A DNA stretch of 32,000 nucleotides from Vibrio vulnificus CMCP6 (GTDB lineage: Bacteria > Pseudomonadota > Gammaproteobacteria > Enterobacterales > Vibrionaceae), in the NCBI RefSeq assembly GCF_000039765.1, contig NC_004460.2:60001-92000 (forward strand), written 5' to 3'. Shown here piece after piece: positions 28,101-32,000 of this stretch. The first letter of the stretch is position 1; each line of letters begins with the position of its first letter. The position numbers and the translations under genes were made by a program. A model generated the notes under the pieces. The model saw nothing but the letters and a program-made list of their open reading frames with translations. It was not told the DNA's origin and did not search any database.

Positions 28101-29035
28101 TCGACAACATCACACTTGAGGGACGTGAAGATGAAAGTGTTATCCTCAATTTGCAGCAATTAGCAGGCAAAGGTGGAGAGGTTAAGATTGTTGAACTGCC
28201 GAAAAATGGACTGATTCACAATGGCCAATATGTACCTCAAGCGAACTTTGCTGGCAAAGATAGTTTCACGTTCCAAGTGACGAATGCCGAGGGGACAACT
28301 TCAAATATTGCAACGGTTTCAATCAATATTCTGCCGGTCAACGACTTACACACTTTTAGTGTTAAAGCCTCTAAGTTGCAAGTCAGTGCGGACGAGCGTA
28401 TTGAACTGTCGGTTGTGCAATTAAAAGACATTGATTCCAGCAACCACCAGTTCAATTGGAAACAAGTCTCTGGGCGCAAAGCGACAATACTTAATGCGGA
28501 TAAGTCGGTTGCAATCGTTGTGATTCCTTCTCAATCCGTTGGCAATGAAAAGCTTGTGTTCAGTGCAACGGTTCGTGACGAACAAGGAGAGGCGGTTACT
28601 CATAGTTTGACATTAACGGTACATGCCACGACGCCTAGTGTGAAGCAGGGCAAACTTAAGCTCAAGTTTGGTAACTCACTGAATGTGAAGCCTCTTGAAT
28701 CTGAATACAAAGGGAAGTTCCAACTGCGTATTACGCGCCCAGCAGAACATGGTGAAGTGCAAATTGTGAATCAGGAATTGATTTATCAAGCTCCGTCTCA
28801 AACAGCATTAACCATGATCGACAGATTCAACTATGAAGTTCTTTTTGATAACGGAGAGAGCAAGCAGGGATGGTTTGAAATAGAGTTGTCACCAACCAGC
28901 ACGATTTCTGGTCAAAATGATGATGCAGACAACCCACCAACAGGAGATTCAGGTGGTGAAGATGCGGGTTCTCTAGGCTTTGGATCGGCATGGCTAATGG
29001 CATTCGTTTTACTGTGGCGTAGAAGAAATAGCTAG
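25175..29035 (+). CDS. Secreted M6-family (InhA/PrtV-like) zinc metalloprotease with C-terminal Ig/cadherin-like repeat region and GlyGly-CTERM sorting tail
   Basis: Signal peptide MSLKIKKAKIGIAISSLLSSISLNA. Zinc site VIAHELGHLMLGLPDLY (HELGH at nt 26135-26149), which matches the HExxH-x-LGLPD(E/L)Y pattern of M6 peptidases. The C-terminal half has repeated beta-rich modules. It ends in ...DSGGEDAGSLGFGSAWLMAFVLLWRRRNS. Confidence 0.8.
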   Translation: MSLKIKKAKIGIAISSLLSSISLNATTLPSPDWHEFTMSDGSVREMRLMGNQALAWYQDREGTIYLYQGDTWYYGKYAEFDGEGRVVSTDVVVTQASQSPAASNSSLHPVKPARISFDEGYSSDINTTEHHAVALRIRQADQPVTQPLLVVQVSFNDEVMVNDFTNRIFGQDGQSVRDYFLKNSYNKYVVTPARETQGTANDGVINISLDMAHPDCHSKEDNTCTTRQRAIFTAAYAELDQYIDLSTYDSNGDGFIKPSELSVMFVFAGYDAAAGGNRRPYIWPHKFAHNNETIDGVTINAYCLFADFQGDHQSTMGVIAHELGHLMLGLPDLYSYEHDGSIGHWGLMGGGSWGRKPGDLYSGDTPVNMTAWSKEASGFLEPDVLNSNQSYTVNTSQGESVIYLDPYLQKMGPRLYLQNRRKVDYDRALQGEGLLATSVVIDNKFNSTGPMQVQIFQADGLDELNAGGWSDNGDVFPGSSNVTLLSDDSTPSLRLNTAGRNTGITISDIVSTNQHSTLTLQLPDQRGKHAWMTSFARQYTQYDRRINALGFAVDVHFENTSLDGIHFYAQKSDQTQPMEYKVTKYPYQTNWRGDVTFKAEDGVEIARGQLNSDGGRAMFPQPFALTQERHLIVVELTNAIPEFSTSYYDAYLSDGIRKEQFYADNTTLQGGRMNSSRGRNFPFAALLQTQVNPLPQALDDQFQVTQGQSIQLNLMNNDTNLMPGHSFQVELMTQPSKGTVNGKEYQADLGAEGVDEFQYRLRDSEGNVSNTAKVSVTVLAINKPPVISAKVVNDVVYVGGLVELSVDKVEDEDSKAFSYQWQQISGPKVTLRNGQQKTSSFVVPEGVTASDVMHFKVTVTDDAQNEVSQNVEVKVNNHQPEAQNDHGQIKAGEVNRFRVLDNDIEKDGETLTLTRIVSQQGLGKASLSGNEIEFSAPATFGSETSTTVTYEIKDPQGLMSQATLIIQFVKPKTLVIDNITLEGREDESVILNLQQLAGKGGEVKIVELPKNGLIHNGQYVPQANFAGKDSFTFQVTNAEGTTSNIATVSINILPVNDLHTFSVKASKLQVSADERIELSVVQLKDIDSSNHQFNWKQVSGRKATILNADKSVAIVVIPSQSVGNEKLVFSATVRDEQGEAVTHSLTLTVHATTPSVKQGKLKLKFGNSLNVKPLESEYKGKFQLRITRPAEHGEVQIVNQELIYQAPSQTALTMIDRFNYEVLFDNGESKQGWFEIELSPTSTISGQNDDADNPPTGDSGGEDAGSLGFGSAWLMAFVLLWRRRNS
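28946..29032 (+). other. GlyGly-CTERM-type sorting signal (predicted rhombosortase substrate motif)
   Basis: A Gly/Ser-rich motif (SGG...GSLGFGS), then a hydrophobic helix (AWLMAFVLLW), then the basic cluster RRR at the extreme C-terminus. This is the architecture known from Vibrio VesB-type GlyGly-CTERM proteins. Confidence 0.65.
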
Positions 29036-29070
29036 GAAACCAGACATTCGGCAGTTCCCACTAACAGCAA

Positions 29071-29100
29071 AAGAAGAGGTGATTCACCTCTTCTTTATTG
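29071..29100 (+). terminator. Rho-independent terminator of the protease gene
   Basis: Perfect 11-bp stem aagaagaggtg / cacctcttctt with loop att and a T-rich tail. It lies 36 nt after the stop. Confidence 0.65.
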
Positions 29101-29254
29101 TCTGTTCAAAATAAAATCAACTGTAAACTTCGGCGATAATGCATTGAAATCCTTATTGTTTGCTGCGAAATATCTTGAACATCTCATTCATGAGAAAATT
29201 TCAGCTGTCAAGTTTATTTAGGGTATGACGTGCTAACTATCAGAATGAAGTTTT

Positions 29255-29276
29255 GTATGTGACCGTTGTCACATAT
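29255..29276. promoter_or_regulatory. Candidate CRP (cAMP receptor protein) binding site with both core half-sites perfect: gtaTGTGAccgttgTCACAtat
   Basis: TGTGA (29258-29262), a 6-nt spacer, then TCACA (29269-29273). This matches the canonical TGTGA-N6-TCACA. It lies in the 520-bp AT-rich region upstream of the LysR gene. Confidence 0.5.
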
Positions 29277-29555
29277 TCATCAGTCGGTTTGCATAAAGAT
29301 TAATTCACAGTTCGAATAAATGCCTCATGATGATAATACTGCTCTTCCCATATGGGTTCAGGCTTGAGGAGAATTTTATTTACAATTTTATTACAAAGAA
29401 AAATACATCATATAAGCTGTGTTTATAGTTGCATAAACAATAGTTTTTTGTAACTCGCGTAGCGTATTGATATTTTTGTCTTGATTTTAAAAATCAGAAA
29501 TACCAAGTACACAAAAAAACTATAAAACTGGGTAACATCAAGGTAGATAGCTGTC

Positions 29556-30407
29556 ATGAAAACCGTTCATAGAATGATCGACGTAAAATATCTTCGGACA
29601 TTTTCACAGGTTGCAAAACACAAAAGCTTTACAGCTGCAGCCGAGTCACTATTTATGACTCAGCCCGCTGTGTCGCAGCATATCAAAAAGATCGAAAATA
29701 CAATTGGGGCTAGTATTTTTGTTAGAAAAGAGGGATTTGGGCTTACGAAACACGGTAAGGTGTTATTGGAATATGCGGATCAAACAATGTCCATGTATGA
29801 AAAGCTATTCAAAGATTTAGAAAAAGTGGATACGAGAGAGCAATATAACATTGCGATTGCAGATTCGTTCTGTCCTATTCTCGTAGAAAAAGTCGTGAGC
29901 GAATTTCGTGCACTGAATAATACAGACTTAGCGATCACCAGTTTTAGTACAACGTCTACGATCGATATCGCTAACTTCGATGTAATATTCAGTCTCAATC
30001 GATTGAGCTCAGAAAATGGTAATTCTTATCAGCTAAGATCATCAAGTTATGTAATTAGTCACACAGCATGTATAGACTTATATGAGTGCTATCCGTTCCG
30101 AGTGGTTTATTGCAACTCCTTGTCGAAAACCTTGGTTCAAGAATTACTGAAAGAGAACAAAATTGATACGCGGTTTGTCTCAAGTTGGGTAAGCACGAGT
30201 TCTGCAAGACTGATGAACAAAGAGTTGGAAAACCATGGCACCATCATGGTTTGTCCAGACTGGTCAGTTAGAGAGCCTAACTACAAGAAGATTCCTACTA
30301 GCCAACAGGTCAATATGAATGTGGGGTTTAGCGAAGGGATGTCTGATGAGTTAGACAAAATTGGCTTAAAGGCGAAACTCAACGATCTTTTTGAACAGCA
30401 TCATTAA
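29556..30407 (+). CDS. LysR-family transcriptional regulator
   Basis: 283 aa. N-terminal winged HTH LRTFSQVAKHKSFTAAAESLFMTQPAVSQHIKKIE is the classic LysR signature. The C-terminal substrate-binding region is poorly conserved. Confidence 0.8.
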   Translation: MKTVHRMIDVKYLRTFSQVAKHKSFTAAAESLFMTQPAVSQHIKKIENTIGASIFVRKEGFGLTKHGKVLLEYADQTMSMYEKLFKDLEKVDTREQYNIAIADSFCPILVEKVVSEFRALNNTDLAITSFSTTSTIDIANFDVIFSLNRLSSENGNSYQLRSSSYVISHTACIDLYECYPFRVVYCNSLSKTLVQELLKENKIDTRFVSSWVSTSSARLMNKELENHGTIMVCPDWSVREPNYKKIPTSQQVNMNVGFSEGMSDELDKIGLKAKLNDLFEQHH

Positions 30408-30410
30408 CAG

Positions 30411-30863
30411 CTATCTGAGGACCAACAAGCTTAATAGCATAAACAAACAGCATGATGCAGAAATAGGTATTCCGTAAGGGATGCCTATTTTTTTTATCTC
30501 CTTTTTGGCAATCAAGCAATACACATAAACACCTATTACAGTGATTCCACCAAATAAGCCGATATAGCAAATGGCTTCAATTGCATAGTCGGGTTTTACG
30601 CCCACCATCATGACTGGAAAGTATTTTGCGTCACCACCACCCCAAAATCCTAATAGCCATAATATAAAACTGAATGCAAAGCATAATGTTGCAATTAAAA
30701 AGGAGTGTAATAAATAACCATTTAGAAAAGCAAAAATAAAGCAACAAAGAAAAGTAAAAACAACGGTGTGGTTCGATATGACGCGAGATTTGGCATCAGT
30801 AAATGATGCGTAGAGTGCTGTAAAAAATATTAATGTTATGGCGAGTTGCATAAATGTTTCCAA
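30411..30863 (-). CDS. tadV: Type IV prepilin peptidase, A24 family, short TadV/CpaA type (no methyltransferase domain)
   Basis: 150-aa polytopic membrane protein. It has an early Asp (FTDAKSRVISN) and the second catalytic motif FWGGGDAKYF (GxGDxK). It is divergent from an flp pilin gene. Confidence 0.75.
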   Translation of the reverse strand: METFMQLAITLIFFTALYASFTDAKSRVISNHTVVFTFLCCFIFAFLNGYLLHSFLIATLCFAFSFILWLLGFWGGGDAKYFPVMMVGVKPDYAIEAICYIGLFGGITVIGVYVYCLIAKKEIKKIGIPYGIPISASCCLFMLLSLLVLR

Positions 30864-31050
30864 AAATAAAGCCTATTTTATATTAGTTTGCACTTTCTTA
30901 GTAACTATTATATTTATAGTGTCATAATGCTTTTTTATCATAACTTTGTATTATGGATATATAAATCTTATTCATTGGCGTTTGTTATTCCATTAGTTTA
31001 ATTTGTCTTCACCCCATAACGACACATTTTAAAGTTAATAAGAGGATAGT

Positions 31051-31341
31051 ATGTTTAACAAAGTTATGACAAAAGCGATTGAGTGGAAATTAAACTTCAA
31101 TGAAAGTATCTGTAAACTAAAAGAAGATGATCGTGCTGTAACGGCAGTAGAATATGCGATTATTGCCGTTGCTATGTCTGCCGTTTTATTAGCGATTTTC
31201 AAGAATGGTACTTTGACTGGTGCAATTACTGATGCGATGGATAGTGTTTCAAGTGCTATTTCTGCAGAAAATGGTGGTACTGGTGGTACTGGTGGTACTG
31301 GTGGTACTGGTGGTACTGGTGGTGGTGCAGCTGGCAGTTAA
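31051..31341 (+). CDS. flp: Flp-family type IVb prepilin with atypical processing site and C-terminal (GGT)5 tail
   Basis: KLKEDDRAVTAVEYAIIAVAMSAVLLAIF matches the Flp motif (K/D-E-R-G-x-T-A-I-E-Y + hydrophobic helix), except Ala replaces the -1 Gly. Good RBS (agagga). It is adjacent to tadV and rcpC-like genes. Confidence 0.7.
   Translation: MFNKVMTKAIEWKLNFNESICKLKEDDRAVTAVEYAIIAVAMSAVLLAIFKNGTLTGAITDAMDSVSSAISAENGGTGGTGGTGGTGGTGGGAAGS
31273..31323 (+). repeat. Tandem 9-bp repeat ggtggtact x5 plus a partial unit (ggtggt), in frame inside flp
   Basis: Read directly: five perfect consecutive copies encode GGT-GGT-GGT-GGT-GGT, followed by GG. Confidence 0.95.
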
Positions 31342-31403
31342 TTACTTCCCAATATTGAATGGAGGGAAACCTCCATTTTTCTCTTATTAAAAAAGACAAA
31401 ATA

Positions 31404-32000
31404 ATGAATAGAGCCGTTATCATTCTTTTCCTTTCCCTTGCAATATTCAGCACGCTGTTTTTTCTTATGGGTGATATGTTTGAAACTGAAGAAGTTGTCG
31501 CAGCAGAACCTGTAATAGAGCCCACGGTAGTCTTACTTGAATTGACTCAAGGTGTTGAAAAATCTGGGATTGTATCTAAGTCTGTGTACAAGGAAATTGA
31601 AGTAAAACTATCTGAAGCACACAGCAACCGACACGCATTAAAGAACGAACTGAATATTCAACCAGGTGCGCTTTTTAACCGACCGTTACTCAAAGGAACC
31701 ATATTGTCGAACGATGTGATCAGTAACCCTGGTGATCGTGATTATATGTTCTTGTCTCTAAAAAAAGATGAAGTGCCTTATTATTACGAACCATCCAGTT
31801 CAAATATTATTGAGAATATCACTTTGCAACCAGGTGACAGCGTCAGTTTTGTTTCCACTACATCATCAAGATCTAATTTACTAGAAACTGGTTATAAAGA
31901 TATTGGACATCTCGTTAGTAAAATCATTATTAGCGATGCAAAGGTCATACAAGTCATTAAGTCAGAGAGAAATGTAAATACTACAAAAGCTTCTGAGTCG
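31404..32000 (+). CDS. rcpC: RcpC/CpaB-like Flp pilus assembly protein (partial; 3' end beyond window)
   Basis: Not in the ORF track because there is no stop in the window. My manual translation from ATG 31404 is open to the end: MNRAVIILFLSLAIFSTLFFLMG...LLKGTILSNDVIS...ISDAKVIQVIK. It has an N-terminal TM anchor plus a beta-rich region, in the position (right after flp) occupied by rcpC/cpaB in tad loci. The family call rests mainly on context. Confidence 0.5.
   Translation, partial: MNRAVIILFLSLAIFSTLFFLMGDMFETEEVVAAEPVIEPTVVLLELTQGVEKSGIVSKSVYKEIEVKLSEAHSNRHALKNELNIQPGALFNRPLLKGTILSNDVISNPGDRDYMFLSLKKDEVPYYYEPSSSNIIENITLQPGDSVSFVSTTSSRSNLLETGYKDIGHLVSKIIISDAKVIQVIKSERNVNTTKASES

Noticed and set aside
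31256-31525. Minus-strand ORF encoding ...HHQYHQYHQYHQYHQYHH...
   Set aside because: The His/Gln/Tyr repeat is simply the reverse-complement reading of the ggtggtact tandem repeat in flp. The ORF overlaps flp and the rcpC-like gene start and has no independent support.
1-32000. Scan for CRISPR arrays, IS elements/transposases, integrases, tRNA/rRNA genes and toxin-antitoxin or defence-system gene pairs
   Set aside because: Reading both strands and the ORF track, I recognised no spaced direct repeats, transposase or integrase motifs, cloverleaf-type or rRNA sequences, or typical defence-gene signatures. Absence is based on inspection only, not on tRNAscan, Infernal or HMM searches.

Overview
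The gene content, synteny and roughly mid-40s % GC (judged by eye, not computed) suggest a Vibrio-like gammaproteobacterial chromosome. This taxon call is an inference. Order of features: (1) a truncated LysE/RhtB exporter on the minus strand at the window edge. (2) A complete ribose operon rbsDACBKR with a perfect 22-bp RbsR-type operator palindrome. (3) An ~880-bp poorly coding gap containing one small membrane ORF with its own terminator. (4) Housekeeping and chemotaxis genes: cheV, a membrane delta-9-type acyl desaturase, a GNAT acetyltransferase, the GTPase YlqF/RbgA and an Aer-like PAS chemoreceptor. (5) The most interesting locus, a tightly coupled six-gene cluster at 13767-20397. It encodes a stressosome-type module (globin-coupled RsbR, RsbS, RsbT kinase, RsbX-like PP2C phosphatase) with no sigma-B, RsbV or RsbW. 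It is followed directly by a cytoplasmic hybrid histidine kinase (PAS-HisKA-HATPase-REC-REC-HPt) and a REC-HD-GYP regulator, a predicted c-di-GMP phosphodiesterase. (6) sbcDC. (7) A 1286-aa secreted M6 metalloprotease with Ig/cadherin-like repeats and a GlyGly-CTERM (rhombosortase) tail. (8) The visibly AT-richer start of a Tad/Flp pilus locus: a LysR regulator, the TadV/CpaA prepilin peptidase, an unusual Flp pilin with a (GGT)5 tail encoded by a 9-bp tandem repeat, and the 5' part of rcpC/cpaB. I saw no rRNA, tRNA, CRISPR array, IS or transposase. Stressosome modules with two-component outputs have, as far as I recall, been noted and partly studied in Vibrio. The kinase to HD-GYP output branch, the orphan N-terminal kinase domain and the non-canonical RsbS site are what deserve a second look.
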